From Chloroflexota bacterium (lineage in GTDB: Bacteria > Chloroflexota > UBA11872 > VXOZ01), in the NCBI GenBank assembly GCA_963663275.1, contig OY760183.1, forward strand, positions 448,001-512,000: 64,000 nt of DNA, written 5' to 3'. The notes beneath the pieces were generated by a model, which worked only from the letters and a program-made list of their open reading frames with translations, did not search any database and was not told where the DNA came from. The translations under genes and the position numbers were made by a program. Positions 30,637-41,318 of this stretch are shown here, in pieces; the stretch's first letter is position 1; each line of letters opens with the position of its first letter.

Positions 30637-30737
30637 TCATTCCGAGCGCAGCGAGGAATCCAGGGCCCGTGCCACACGTCGCCCAAGAGGCTCAACATCT
30701 TAGATTCCTCTCTTCGTTGCGCTTCGTTCGGAATGAC
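30637..30737. repeat. inverted GTCATTCCGAGCG-type REP doublet
   Basis: gtcattccgagcgcagcgaggaatc ... gattcctc...gttcggaatgac; similar doublets at 38902-39002, 49786-49864 and 61321-61412. Confidence 0.8.
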
Positions 30738-30931
30738 ATGTTCGCGGGCGGTGCGCGGTACTGAAACACCTTGTTCAATCCACTAAATCTGTCAACGAGT
30801 TACCTGACATTTACAATTCCAAGCGCAGCGAAGAATCTAAAGCGTGCGCTTATTTCAAAGGAGCCGCCCTCGCTCCTTCACCAATTCGCTCCTCAGAACT
30901 ACGTCCAAGGCGTAGCGCGGGGGCTTGTCCC

Positions 30932-31093
30932 CAATACTGTCGCACTAACGTAGCGCGGGGGCTTGTCCCCCGCCAGAGCAAGCAAAGGGAGAACGGAATG
31001 GATTGACCCTACGGAAGACGCAGGTTACAAACCTGCGCTACCGGAGAAACGAGCGTTGTTTTCACTCTCATTGTGTTTAATGCGACAGCATTG
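30932..31093. mobile_element. MITE-C (162 bp, CAATrCTGTCGCA TIRs, 11-bp TSD), IS4-subgroup-like ends
   Basis: gggcttgtccc|CAATACTGTCGCACTAA ... TTAATGCGACAGCATTG|gggcttgtccc. Confidence 0.85.
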
Positions 31094-31156
31094 GGGCTTG
31101 TCCCCCGCTGCTTGCTATCATTGAAGTGTGGAGTCCCACGGAAGGTAGCAACGCGC

Positions 31157-31984
31157 GTGCCGCCAGCAAGTGATAGCGCCCGCAACGACAACCCGGTTGC
31201 CAGAGTCTCGGCAACGGCGCCAAGCTCGATTCAACCGTTCGTCAAAGACTGCGCCTGGACCCGTATCACGATTGGCAAGTCACCGGCGGACACATTCCGC
31301 TTAGATCGAGACGGACAAGCGGCGTTGTATCTCAAAGCCTCACTGAAGTCTCATCGGAGGGAACTGCTGCGCGAAAAGGAGAGAATCGACTGGCTGCAGG
31401 GCAGGTTACCCGTTCCTGAGGTTGTTCGATACGAGACGAATGACCGGAATGAGTATCTGCTGCTGACAGCCCTGCCGGGGCGTGATGTTGCGAGCCTGAC
31501 TGGTGACGAGCCAAATGACAACCTCGTCAGACTGTTGGCGACCGGACTGCGCACGATACATTCGGTGTCAGTCGAGGAATGTCCCTTTGACATGACACTC
31601 GATAGGGTAATCGAAGAGGCCGGATTCAATGTCGCCGGCGGCCTCGTCAACGAAGCCGGCTTCGACGACGTTCGCATGGGCCGTTCCGCCGCGGAGGTGT
31701 TTGAGGAATTGTTGTTGAAGAGACCGGCTAAAGAAGACTTGGTATTCACCCACGGCGATTACTGCCTGCCTAACGTGATAATCGACGGCAAGGAGGTTGC
31801 CGGGTTCGTCGATTGGGGCAGCGCGGGAGTGGCGGACCGCTATAAAGACATTGCGCTGGTCGTCAGAAGCCTGAACCGCAATACAGGCGAAGACCTTTCA
31901 ACGAGCTTCTATGAAGCATACGGGCTTTCAAGCCCAGATGCCGAGAAGGTCGTATACTACAAGCTCCTCGATGAATTCTGGTAG
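31157..31984 (+). CDS. aph(3'): aminoglycoside 3'-phosphotransferase family protein
   Basis: LYLK, E.ERIDWL.GRLPVP.V, CPFD, THGDYCLPN, FVDWG.AGVADRYKD, YYKLLDEF; GTG start inferred. Confidence 0.88.
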   Translation: MPPASDSARNDNPVARVSATAPSSIQPFVKDCAWTRITIGKSPADTFRLDRDGQAALYLKASLKSHRRELLREKERIDWLQGRLPVPEVVRYETNDRNEYLLLTALPGRDVASLTGDEPNDNLVRLLATGLRTIHSVSVEECPFDMTLDRVIEEAGFNVAGGLVNEAGFDDVRMGRSAAEVFEELLLKRPAKEDLVFTHGDYCLPNVIIDGKEVAGFVDWGSAGVADRYKDIALVVRSLNRNTGEDLSTSFYEAYGLSSPDAEKVVYYKLLDEFW

Positions 31985-32154
31985 GCCAGGCACTGCCGTC
32001 CCACCCAAATAAGGCCTTGGGTGTGTGTTTGCATAGCCTTCGATGTGTATTGAAGGATGTTCTTGAACCCACAAGAGCCGTTCGTAGTGAACCCGTCTGT
32101 CCTCAGCATGTCTGTTCTGAGGATGTCGAAGGATCTAAGGAAAACTCCCCGCCT

Positions 32155-34113
32155 CTATTCCGGCTCTCTGCCAGGAAACTGCCCGGGGCCTTGAAAGCCG
32201 GGTCTCCCTCTGCCGCCCGGTCTGCGGCCGCGGCCAAACGGCGGCATGGGCGGGCCGCCGTCGGGGCCGGCATCGGAGGCTTCACCGGCGGCTACTGCTT
32301 CCGGCTCGGTGCGGAACTGGATGCTGTGCAGTTTGGCGTACAGGCCGCCTTTTGCCAGCAGTTCCTCGTGGGTGCCGGACTCCACCGCCCGGCCCTCGTC
32401 CAGCACCAGGATGCGGTCGGCGGCGCGCACCGTGGAGAGCCGGTGGGCGATGACGAAACTCGTGCGGCCCTGGCGCAGCGTGTTGAGCGCGGCCTGGATC
32501 AGCTCTTCCGACTGCGAATCCAGCGAGGACGTGGCCTCATCCAGGATGATGATGCGCGGGTTCTTCAGGAAGACGCGGGCAATGGCCACGCGCTGCTTCT
32601 CGCCGCCGGAGAGCCGGAAGCCGCGCTCGCCCACCACCGTCTCATACTTTTCCGGCAGGCCCTCGATGAATTCGTGGATCTGCGCCGCTTTCGCCGCCTC
32701 AATCACATCTTCTTCAGTCGCTTCCGGATTCGCGTAGAGCAGATTCTCCCTTAGCGACGTGTGGAACAGGAACGGCTCCTGGGTCACCACGCCCACGTGC
32801 CGCATCAGCGAGAGGTATTGCAGGTCGCGCAGGTCATAGTCGTCCAAGCGCACCTGGCCGTTCACCGGATCGTAGAGGCGTGGAATGAGGTACGTCAGCG
32901 TCGTCTTGCCCGCGCCGCTGGGTCCCACCAGGGCGATCATCTCGCCCGGCTCCGCCGTAAACGAAATGCCCGCCAGCGCCCACGCCGCCTCGTCGTTGTA
33001 GCGGAACCACACGTCCTCGAAGGACACTCGGCCCTGCACCGTGGTAACTTCCCGCGCGTCCGGCGTATCGAAGATCTCCGGCTCCATGTCCAGGTAGCCG
33101 AAGATGCGGTCGAACAACGCCATGGCGCCCTGCACGTCCACGTAGACGTTCGCCAGTTGGGACGACGGGCCGTAGAGGTTCCGCAGAAAGGCGACGAAGG
33201 CGACGATGGTGCCCAGGGTCAAATCCCCTTGCATCACCTGGCGGCCGCCAAACCAATAGATGGCCGCCGGCCCGATGGAGGCGAACAGCCCCAGGAACAT
33301 GAAGAACCAGCGGCCCACCATGGCCTGCTTGATGTTCAGGCGCAGCAATTCCCGTCCGATGCCGCGAAAGCGCGAGTCCGCCCGCTGCTCGCCGGAAAAG
33401 GTGCGCATCAGCAGGTAGCCGCTGATGTTCATCATCTCGTGCAGGAAGGCGCTGAGGTCGGCCTGCTTCTCCTGCGTCTCCCGCGAGACCTGCCGCCGGT
33501 AGCGCCCCACCCGGCGCGTCGGCAGCACGAACGCCGGTGTGACGATGAGCGCAATCAGCGCCAATTGCCAGTTCATGACGAAGAGCACGATAATCGTGCC
33601 CACTACGGTAAAGACGTTCGTGATGATCGAGATGATGGTGCCGGCGATGACGCTCTGCACGCCGGCGACGTCGTTGTTGATGCGCGAGATGATCTCGCCG
33701 CTGCGGGTCTTGGTGAAGAAGCGCAAGGACATGCGCTGCATGTGCCGGAAAAGCTGCTTGCGCAGGTCGTAGACGATGCGCTGGCCAACCAGGGCGTTCA
33801 GATAGCTCTGCAGCACGCTGATCAGGCCGCCAAGGAACGGTAGCGCCACCATGCCGATGACCAACAGGTTGAGCAGGCCGAAGTCTTTAGCGGGTAAGGC
33901 GGTGTCGATGACGCTGCGTATCAGCAGCGGCGGGATCAACCCCAGCCCGGTGACGGCCAGCACACAGATGAGAATGACGATTTCGTGCGGCCAATACGGC
34001 ACGAGATAGCCGAAGACGCGGCGCGCGCCGGCCGCCGTCAACTCCACCTTGGGCTGGTCTTCGTCTGACCGATACGGGCGGTTCATTTGCCACCCGCCGC
34101 CGCCGAACATCAT
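32155..34113 (-). CDS. ABC exporter, fused permease and ATPase
   Basis: Six TM helices, GPSGAGKT, LSGGEKQR, ILDEATS, IAHRLST. Confidence 0.95.
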   Translation of the reverse strand: MMFGGGGWQMNRPYRSDEDQPKVELTAAGARRVFGYLVPYWPHEIVILICVLAVTGLGLIPPLLIRSVIDTALPAKDFGLLNLLVIGMVALPFLGGLISVLQSYLNALVGQRIVYDLRKQLFRHMQRMSLRFFTKTRSGEIISRINNDVAGVQSVIAGTIISIITNVFTVVGTIIVLFVMNWQLALIALIVTPAFVLPTRRVGRYRRQVSRETQEKQADLSAFLHEMMNISGYLLMRTFSGEQRADSRFRGIGRELLRLNIKQAMVGRWFFMFLGLFASIGPAAIYWFGGRQVMQGDLTLGTIVAFVAFLRNLYGPSSQLANVYVDVQGAMALFDRIFGYLDMEPEIFDTPDAREVTTVQGRVSFEDVWFRYNDEAAWALAGISFTAEPGEMIALVGPSGAGKTTLTYLIPRLYDPVNGQVRLDDYDLRDLQYLSLMRHVGVVTQEPFLFHTSLRENLLYANPEATEEDVIEAAKAAQIHEFIEGLPEKYETVVGERGFRLSGGEKQRVAIARVFLKNPRIIILDEATSSLDSQSEELIQAALNTLRQGRTSFVIAHRLSTVRAADRILVLDEGRAVESGTHEELLAKGGLYAKLHSIQFRTEPEAVAAGEASDAGPDGGPPMPPFGRGRRPGGRGRPGFQGPGQFPGREPE

Positions 34114-34129
34114 ACGCGCCGCTCCCTAT

Positions 34130-34217
34130 CTCTTGTCCCTTAGTGTGCCTGCTCTTGCCCCTTGCTGTGCCTGCTCTTGTCCCTTAGTGTGCCTGCTCTT
34201 GTCCCTTGCTGTGCCTG
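34130..34217. repeat. 22-bp tandem repeat x4 just upstream of the ABC exporter start
   Basis: ctcttgtcccttagtgtgcctg / ctcttgccccttgctgtgcctg alternating. Confidence 0.85.
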
Positions 34218-34235
34218 AACGGAGTGTCCTAAAGT

Positions 34236-34415
34236 CCCGCGCGGGTTCCCATCCCCGGTTGCGCAGGTTCCAATCTCCCGGTAACGCAGGCTCCTACCCC
34301 CGGTTGCGCGGGTTCCCTATCCCCGGTTGCGCAGGTTCCATTTCCGCGGCAGCGCGGATTGCATTCCCCGGTAGCGCAGGTTCCTACCTCCGGTAGCGCA
34401 GGTTTTTAACCTGCG
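34236..34415. repeat. about eight degenerate 22-24 bp copies of the 5' arm of the GTAG REP, ending in a full REP
   Basis: ccggt(a/t)gcgcaggttcc units followed by ggtagcgcaggtttttaacctgcg. Confidence 0.75.
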
Positions 34416-34534
34416 TCTCTTCCGCATGGCGTCCCACCGCCGGGCCAGCACAACGCCCGCAACCCTTCTCTATCCATATTAACCATTACGTGAATGTTGC
34501 ACAATGCCGCCAAATGACGCTGCGCGCACCGTTA

Positions 34535-34834
34535 GAGAACTTTGCGTAACTCCGTCATTCCGGTGAAAGCCGGAACCCAGGGCGCTTTTCCCAATCAAAA
34601 GTAGCCTAAACTCAAGCCTTTTCACCCCCATCCCAGCCTTCCCCCTCAATGGGCTGACAAGGGTATGTAAGTGTCATTCCGAGCGCAGCGAGGAATCTAG
34701 AATTGCTGGAATTGCGGCTCCCCGCTCTAGATTCCTCACTCCGCTGCGCTCCGTTCGGAATGACACGTGAAGTCGATTATAGAGTACACACCCCAGTCAG
34801 CCCCTCAATGGGGAAGGAATTATGCAAAGGTATA
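34535..34834. mobile_element. MITE-A with nested MITE-B (34651-34803, TSD ctcaat)
   Basis: ctcaat|GGGCTGACAAGGGT ... ACCCCAGTCAGCCC|ctcaat inside a degenerate GAGAACTTTGCG...TGCAAAGGTATA element. Confidence 0.8.
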
Positions 34835-34835
34835 C

Positions 34836-34983
34836 GTTGGAGATTTCCCCCTGCGCGCCGTTGGGAGATTTCACCATGCGCAACCTTGGGAGATTTCACC
34901 ATGCGCACCGTTGGGGGAAATTCCCATGCGCACCGTTGGGAATTTCCCATGCGCGCCGTTGGGTACTTTCCTCCTGCGCGCCG
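34836..34983. repeat. about 25-bp degenerate tandem repeat x6
   Basis: gttgggagatttcaccatgcgcacc-like units with no unique spacers. Confidence 0.8.
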
Positions 34984-35109
34984 CCACGCCGCTAGCGCGC
35001 GTGGATCACGCCGTTCGTGCTGAGCTTGTCGAAGCATGAACGGCATAATCGCACCGCGCGGGAACCGGCCCTCACGTCTATCGTCTCGTCAGGCAATCGT
35101 ACAAAAGGC

Positions 35110-35142
35110 AAAACACGCCCCGGCATTACAACCGGGGCGTGT
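35110..35142 (-). terminator. intrinsic terminator downstream of cysS
   Basis: ACACGCCCCGG/CCGGGGCGTGT stem with a short T run on the minus strand. Confidence 0.6.
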
Positions 35143-35240
35143 CTCTTACTCTTGACTATTCCTAGCGGACTCCTACCGGACTTCCACACCCAACCGTCAG
35201 CACTGCGCAACTCCTTCCGTGCCTTCTCGCGTCGTTGCCG

Positions 35241-36656
35241 TTACGCCTTGCGCCGCCAGACCGTGCCGCCGGGGGAATCCTCCAGCGTGATGCCCAACGC
35301 CGCCAGTTCGTCCCGCACCTTGTCCGCCAGCGCAAACTGCTTCTCCTTGCGCAGGTCGGCGCGCAGTTCCACCAGCAGGTCGATGAACCCGGCGGCGTCG
35401 CCGTCGCCGGCTGCCATCTCCGCCTCCAGCATCTCTTGCAGGTCGACGCCCAGCACGTCGGCCAGGTTCACCAGCGTCTCCTGGGCGGCTTGCAGGGTCT
35501 CCGGCTGCGCGGCCGGGCCCAGGCGGTTGATCTCGCGCACCAGTTCGTAGAGGCGGCCCAGCGCGCCGGCCGCGTTGAAATCGCTATTCATTGCGTCGAA
35601 GAAGCCGGTTCTCGCCTGCGCCGTAGCCTGGGCAAGCGCAGTGTCCGTGCCGCCGTCGCCGCCGGACTCCACGCGCAGCGCGCCGGTCAGCCGCGCCATG
35701 CCCGCCCGGGCCTGTTCCAGGCTCTCCGGCGTATACGTCAGCGGCGAGCGGTAGTGCACCGAGAGCAGGTAGAGCCGCAGCACCGGCCCGCTGTACTCTT
35801 CCAGGATGTCCTCGATCGTGATGAAGTTCCCAAGTGAATGCGCCATCTTCTGGCCGTTGATGGTCAGCAAACCGGTGTGCAGCCAGTACTTTGTGAACGG
35901 GCGTTTCTCCGTAAAGGCCTCGCTCTGCGCGATCTCGTTCTCGTGATGGGGAAAGATCAGGTCCGCGCCGCCGCCGTGGATGTCGATCTGCGCACCCAGG
36001 GTGGCGTATATCATCGTGCTGCACTCGATGTGCCAGCCGGGACGCCCCTGGCCCCAGGGGCTTTGCCACCAGGGTTCGCCCGGTTTTGCCGGTTTCCACA
36101 GGGCAAAATCGCGCGGGTCGCGCTTGCCCGGCTCGTCGTCAACCCGACCGGAGGCCCCCGCTTGGATGCCGCTCTCCTCGGTGCGTGTGGAGAGCGCGCC
36201 GTACGGAGCGAAACCCGGCACCGAGAAGTAGACCGCCTCCTCGGCCACGTAGGCTGCCCCCTTCTCGACCAACCCCTCGATCATCGTGATGATCTGCGGC
36301 AGGGTCTCGGTCACCTTGGGGAACTCGTGGGCGCGCAGGACGTTCAGGTTGCCCATCACCGCGTCGTAGGCGTCGGTGTACACCCGCGCCACTTCATCCG
36401 GCGTCACGCCCTCGCGCTCAGCCGCCTCGATGATCTTATCGTCCACGTCGGTGATGTTCTGCACGTGCTCGACTTCGTAGCCCTGGTACGCCAGGTAGCG
36501 CCGGATCATATCCATGGCGACGAAGAGGCGGGCGTGACCGATATGCGGTTCGCGCTTGGGCGTCATGCCGCAGACGTACATCTTGACCTGCTTGCCGTCC
36601 AGGGGCGCGAACGGCTCTCTTTGGCCGCCGAGGGTATTGGAAATACTAAGCGTCAC
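35241..36656 (-). CDS. cysS: cysteine--tRNA ligase
   Basis: [43 protein letters not shown]; KMSKS reads KMAHS; GTG start. Confidence 0.96.
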   Translation of the reverse strand: MTLSISNTLGGQREPFAPLDGKQVKMYVCGMTPKREPHIGHARLFVAMDMIRRYLAYQGYEVEHVQNITDVDDKIIEAAEREGVTPDEVARVYTDAYDAVMGNLNVLRAHEFPKVTETLPQIITMIEGLVEKGAAYVAEEAVYFSVPGFAPYGALSTRTEESGIQAGASGRVDDEPGKRDPRDFALWKPAKPGEPWWQSPWGQGRPGWHIECSTMIYATLGAQIDIHGGGADLIFPHHENEIAQSEAFTEKRPFTKYWLHTGLLTINGQKMAHSLGNFITIEDILEEYSGPVLRLYLLSVHYRSPLTYTPESLEQARAGMARLTGALRVESGGDGGTDTALAQATAQARTGFFDAMNSDFNAAGALGRLYELVREINRLGPAAQPETLQAAQETLVNLADVLGVDLQEMLEAEMAAGDGDAAGFIDLLVELRADLRKEKQFALADKVRDELAALGITLEDSPGGTVWRRKA

Positions 36657-37335
36657 GGCAGCGCTCCAACGTCTCCTCGCGCTCCGCCGGCGCGTCGTTT
36701 TCTTCATAGCACGCCAGCCGCGCCTCAAGGTCGGCAACACGTTTCTGCAGGGCGTAGAGCGCCTCCGCCATCGGGTCGGGCTGCACCACCCGCGCGCTCT
36801 CGCCGGTGTGCGGGTCGCGCATCGCCACCACGTGGCCCGGCACGCCCACCACCGTGGCGTGGGGGGGCACGTCGTTCAAGACCACCGCGCCCGCGCCGAT
36901 CACGCACTCTTCACCAATCGTCACCGGCCCCAGGACTTTCGCGCCCGCGCCCACGACGACATTGTCGCCCACGGTGGGATGGCGCTTGCCGGTGTGCAGC
37001 GTCTGCGCGCCCAAGGTCACGCCTTGGTAGAGCGTCACGTTCCGGCCCACTTGCGCGGTCTCGCCAATCACCACGCCCATGCCGTGGTCGATGAAGAGCC
37101 CCGGACCCAGTTGCGCGCCGGGATGAATCTCGATGCCCGTCAGGAAGCGGGCGACGTGGGAGAGAAAGCGCGGCAAGACCGGAATGCCCGCCTGCCAGAG
37201 CGCGTGCGTCAGCCGATAGAACCAGATCGCGTGCACGCCCGGGTAGGCCAATACGATTTCGATTACGTTGCGGGCGGCAGGATCGCGCTCCAGGGCTGCC
37301 TCGATGTCCTGCCGCAGCATGGGGACTATGCTCAT
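36646..37335 (-). CDS. cysE: serine O-acetyltransferase
   Basis: [43 protein letters not shown]. Confidence 0.95.
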   Translation of the reverse strand: MSIVPMLRQDIEAALERDPAARNVIEIVLAYPGVHAIWFYRLTHALWQAGIPVLPRFLSHVARFLTGIEIHPGAQLGPGLFIDHGMGVVIGETAQVGRNVTLYQGVTLGAQTLHTGKRHPTVGDNVVVGAGAKVLGPVTIGEECVIGAGAVVLNDVPPHATVVGVPGHVVAMRDPHTGESARVVQPDPMAEALYALQKRVADLEARLACYEENDAPAEREETLERCRDA

Positions 37336-37440
37336 ACGTTGTTTTCCTCGTTTCAACACTGCGTTTGCGGCGCGGCGCGCCGCCGTCGTCACCGGCGCGC
37401 GGCCGGACGGCGTGTGCCGGCGCGCGCTCGCCAAACGCCC

Positions 37441-38031
37441 CTAGCGGGGCGAGATACACGCGCAGTCTTGCAACGAGGGATCATGCGCCAGCAGGGCCAC
37501 GGCGTGCGCGGCGATGCCCCGGCCGGCGCCGATTGCGTCCAAACCTTCGGTCGTGGTGGCTTTTATGCCTACGTTCACCGTCTCTACCCCCAGCTTCCGA
37601 GCGATGGCGGCTTGCATCTCCGGTATGAAGCCCGCCAGCCTGGGCGCTTGCGCCAAGATTGTACTATCTACGTTCACTATGCGCCACTGCCTTTCAGCCA
37701 GTAGCCTAAGCGCATCGCCTAACAATTGCAAGCTATCCGCGCCCGCGTACCGCGGATCGTCGGCGGGAAACTGGCGGCCGACGTCGGGCAGCGCCGCCGC
37801 GCCGAGCAGCGCGTCGATGATGGCATGAACCAACACGTCCGCGTCGGAGTGGCCGGCAAGACCCCGTTCATAGGGCACGCGCACGCCGCCAATCACGAGG
37901 GGACGGCCGGGGACGAGCCGGTGGACGTCGTAGCCGATGCCGATGCGCAACGCGGGGAGCGCGGGCGCTTGCGCCGCCGTCTCGCTTTCACCCTGAGCGG
38001 CAGGCGATGTGTCCGCCGGCGCTGCCTCCAT
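37441..38031 (-). CDS. ispF: 2-C-methyl-D-erythritol 2,4-cyclodiphosphate synthase
   Basis: RIGIGYDVH, GHSDADV..HA..DALLGA, KATTTE. Confidence 0.95.
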   Translation of the reverse strand: MEAAPADTSPAAQGESETAAQAPALPALRIGIGYDVHRLVPGRPLVIGGVRVPYERGLAGHSDADVLVHAIIDALLGAAALPDVGRQFPADDPRYAGADSLQLLGDALRLLAERQWRIVNVDSTILAQAPRLAGFIPEMQAAIARKLGVETVNVGIKATTTEGLDAIGAGRGIAAHAVALLAHDPSLQDCACISPR

Positions 38032-38736
38032 TTAAGCGTCTCCATCGCTCCGCTGCGCCCGCCATTGGGCGAACGCCAGGTCCGTTGGCGTGGTAATTTT
38101 CATGTTACCATAGTCCCCCGCGAAGACATGGACGGACGCGCCGGCGGCCTCCACCACCGCCGCGTCGTCGGTAAAAGCCGCCATGTTCGGCCCGTGTGCG
38201 GCGTACGCGCGCTCCAGCAAGGCGCGGGCAAAGACCTGCGGCGTCTGCACGGCCCGCAGGCTGTCGCGCGGCAGCGTCTCCAGGGCGCGCTCGTTTCCGT
38301 CAACGCGCTTGATGGTATCGGCGCAGGCAATGCCGGGAACCGCCGCGCCGTGGCGCCGCGCCGCCGCCAGCCCGCGCGCGATGAGTTCCGGCGTGACGAA
38401 CGGGCGCGCCGCGTCGTGCACGGCCACGTAGGCCGCCGGCGTCCCTTGCAGCGCCCGCAGGCCGTTGGCTGCCGAATCGCCCCGGCTGGCGCCGCCCGGG
38501 CACACGGCGCGCACCTTGCGCCAACGGCGCTCTTGTGCCAGTTCCCGGCAGTAGGCGACGCGCTCCGGGGCCGCCACGAGCACGATTGCGCCGACCGCCG
38601 CTGCCGCCTCGAAAGCCTCCACGGTCGCGGCAATCACGGGACGTCCGCCCAGCGGCGCGTAGAGTTTGTCGCGCCCGCTCATACGGCGGCTGCGTCCGCC
38701 GCCGACAATAATCGCCGCCAGCGCGCTATCCGTCAC
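38032..38736 (-). CDS. ispD: 2-C-methyl-D-erythritol 4-phosphate cytidylyltransferase
   Basis: G.S.RM...DK, GG.SR..S, VHDAARP, DTIK, QTPQ.F, TDD, N.KITTP.DL; GTG after GGAGGT. Confidence 0.93.
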   Translation of the reverse strand: MTDSALAAIIVGGGRSRRMSGRDKLYAPLGGRPVIAATVEAFEAAAAVGAIVLVAAPERVAYCRELAQERRWRKVRAVCPGGASRGDSAANGLRALQGTPAAYVAVHDAARPFVTPELIARGLAAARRHGAAVPGIACADTIKRVDGNERALETLPRDSLRAVQTPQVFARALLERAYAAHGPNMAAFTDDAAVVEAAGASVHVFAGDYGNMKITTPTDLAFAQWRAQRSDGDA

Positions 38737-38900
38737 GAGCGCGCACCTCCTCCGGAGCGCACACGCAGCCAAGGCCGTAATGGCGTTTTGCGAACCGCTC
38801 CGTCGTATGTGAAAGCGATGAGTAATTCGTTTGGATCACCCATACTTGGATAACCCACATTTGGATAGCCCGCACTCGTCCACCAGTCGCAATCGTTCAT

Positions 38901-39490
38901 GTCATTCCGAGCGCAGCGAGGAATCTAGAATTCCCGCTCCACGTAGCCCCATTAGCTCAGCAACGTAGATTCCTCACTGCGCTGCGCTCCGTTCGGAATG
39001 ACATACGTGTTGGCTGTTCGCGGCGCTGGGCGCCCTTGCTCTGCGTGCGCAATCCGTCGGCCATTCATCGGACGCCTATGGAAATCTTCGCGTAACCTCG
39101 CTGAGAGGCAAGCAGTCCCCTCTCCCCGGGGAGACCTTTGCATAACCCCTTCCCCATCGAGGGGGAAGGTTGGGATGGGGGTGAAAAAGCTTGACTTCAT
39201 GCAAGCTTTAGTTGTAAAAGCGCTCTGGATTCCGGTTTTCACCGGAATGACGGAGTTATGCAAGGGTCTCCCGGGGGAGAGGGTTAGGGTGAGGGGGAAT
39301 TGACCGAAAACTCGCACTCCAGTCTTGCGAAATAGGGCAGAACCGACGAAAATCTCCCTCACCCCGGCCCTCTCCCCAGCAGGGAGAGGGAGTTCTTTTC
39401 GCCTACCGCCCCGGACTTGCAGAGTACTCCTATGGAGACCTTTGCATAACCCCTTCCCCATTGAGGGGGAAGGCTGGGATGGGGGTGACG
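38901..39490. repeat. repeat cluster between radA and ispD, including MITE-A 39131-39270 (TSD ccggg) nested in a REP hairpin
   Basis: ccctctcc-ccggg|GAGACCTTTGCA ... TGCAAGGGTCTC|ccggg-ggagaggg; partial MITE-A from 39435. Confidence 0.8.
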
Positions 39491-39544
39491 TAAAATGCCA
39501 ACACTGCCTCGTCTATTGTCCCATCGCGCCTCTCGCGCGACTCG

Positions 39545-41002
39545 TCATTGCGGCGCAACCGCTTTTTCAGCGCCTTGCCCAGCGCCTTCATGGGCCGTAT
39601 CGCCCGCCTCTTTGCGGCCTGCGCGCGGCGCCGTGCCCAACGCCAAGCGGATCGCCTGCCGCACACTCTCGGCGCGGATGAACTCAGGCCGCGCGCCGCC
39701 AAGCGCGCCCAGTTTGCTCGCGCGCGGCAGGAGCACCCGGTTATAGCCGCGCCGCGCCGCCTCCTGCGCGCGCTCTTCCAGCTTGAAGACGCTGCGCAGT
39801 TCACCGGCCAGGCCCACCTCGCCGATCGAGACCATATCCCCCGGCAGCGCCACGTCCGCCGCGCTGGAGGCGATCGCCAGGCAGATCGCCAGATCCACCG
39901 CCGGTTCGTCCAGTTCCAGACCGCCGACCACGTTCACGTAGACGTCCTGGTCGGCCAGGCGCAGGCCCGCGCGCTTGGTGAGCACCGCGATCAGCATGTG
40001 CAGGCGGCTCTGATCGCAGCCGTTCGCCATGCGCCGGGGCACCGCCAGCGGGCTGTACGTCACCAGCGCCTGCACCTCCACCAGCAGCGGCCGCGACCCC
40101 TCCAGCGGCACGGCAACGGCGGAGCCCGGATTCGGCTCCCGCTCCGCCAGGAAGGCCGCCGACGGGTTGGGCACTTCCACCATCCCCCGCTCCTGCATGG
40201 CGAAGATGCCCACTTCGTTCGTAGACCCAAAGCGGTTCTTGGTGGCCTTGAGGATGCGGCAGTTGTGGTGCTGGTCGCCGGCCAGGGCGAGCACCGTATC
40301 CACCATGTGTTCCAGCGTCTTCGGACCGGCCACGGAGCCTTCCTTGGTCACGTGGCCCACCAGGAAGAGCGTGACGCCGGTCTGCTTGGCCAGCGCCACC
40401 AACTGGGAAGCGCACTCCCGCACCTGGCCGATGCTGCCCGGCACGCCGCTCAACTCCGCGCTCGCCAGGGTCTGAATCGAATCGATGATGACCAGCCCGG
40501 GGCGCACCTGCCCGATGGCGTCCAGGATGTCCTCCAGGCCGATCTCGGCCAGCACGTAGAGTTCCTGGGGATCGAGGCCCAGCCGCGAGGCGCGCAGGCG
40601 AATCTGCGCCGCGCTCTCCTCACCGGATACGTAGAGCACCGGCCGCTCGGCGTCGGCCAAGCCGATGGCGAACTGGAGCAGCAGCGTGGACTTGCCAATG
40701 CCCGGATCGCCGGAGAGGAGCACCGCGCTGCCCGGCACCAGGCCGCCGCCCAGCACCCGGTGGAGTTCGCCGATGGACACCGGAATGCGGATCAGGTCGG
40801 TTGGGGCTATGTCCTGGAGTTTCCGCGCGCGCGGCGCGGCGGCGGACGCACGCGCGCCGGCGCCCCGTCCGCGCGGCGGCGCCTCCCGCTGCACGCTCTC
40901 CACCAGGCTGTTCCAGCTTTGGCAGGCCGGACACTGCCCGGCCCACTTAGGGGATTCGTGGCCGCACTGTTCGCAGACGAAGACGCTCTTGGCCTTGCTC
41001 AC
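39545..41002 (-). CDS. radA: DNA repair protein RadA/Sms
   Basis: C4 zinc finger, GDPGIGKSTLLLQ, KNRFG, Lon-like C-terminal domain; GTG start. Confidence 0.97.
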   Translation of the reverse strand: MSKAKSVFVCEQCGHESPKWAGQCPACQSWNSLVESVQREAPPRGRGAGARASAAAPRARKLQDIAPTDLIRIPVSIGELHRVLGGGLVPGSAVLLSGDPGIGKSTLLLQFAIGLADAERPVLYVSGEESAAQIRLRASRLGLDPQELYVLAEIGLEDILDAIGQVRPGLVIIDSIQTLASAELSGVPGSIGQVRECASQLVALAKQTGVTLFLVGHVTKEGSVAGPKTLEHMVDTVLALAGDQHHNCRILKATKNRFGSTNEVGIFAMQERGMVEVPNPSAAFLAEREPNPGSAVAVPLEGSRPLLVEVQALVTYSPLAVPRRMANGCDQSRLHMLIAVLTKRAGLRLADQDVYVNVVGGLELDEPAVDLAICLAIASSAADVALPGDMVSIGEVGLAGELRSVFKLEERAQEAARRGYNRVLLPRASKLGALGGARPEFIRAESVRQAIRLALGTAPRAGRKEAGDTAHEGAGQGAEKAVAPQ

Positions 41003-41318
41003 GCCGCTTCCATTCTCCCGCCGCTGCGCGCTTGCCCTGGACGATGCGCGCCGGGTGAGGCCGCACGCCACACGTGTATTGTAGCGCATGAGCCACCCAG
41101 GGCAGGCGGCGCGGATTCTGCGATTGGACAGGAGCGCATCCGCGCTCCCCGTTCCCCAGTCCTTCCCTGCGCTTTTCGCGGGAAACGCGCGCCGTTAACC
41201 TTGACAGTGCGGCAGGCGCGATTCTATCATCGGATACAGGCTAATCCACTCTTAACTTCCCCTCCCACACCTGCCCTAACCGTGTCGAAGAATTCGACGC
41301 CACGCAAGGACGGCTACC

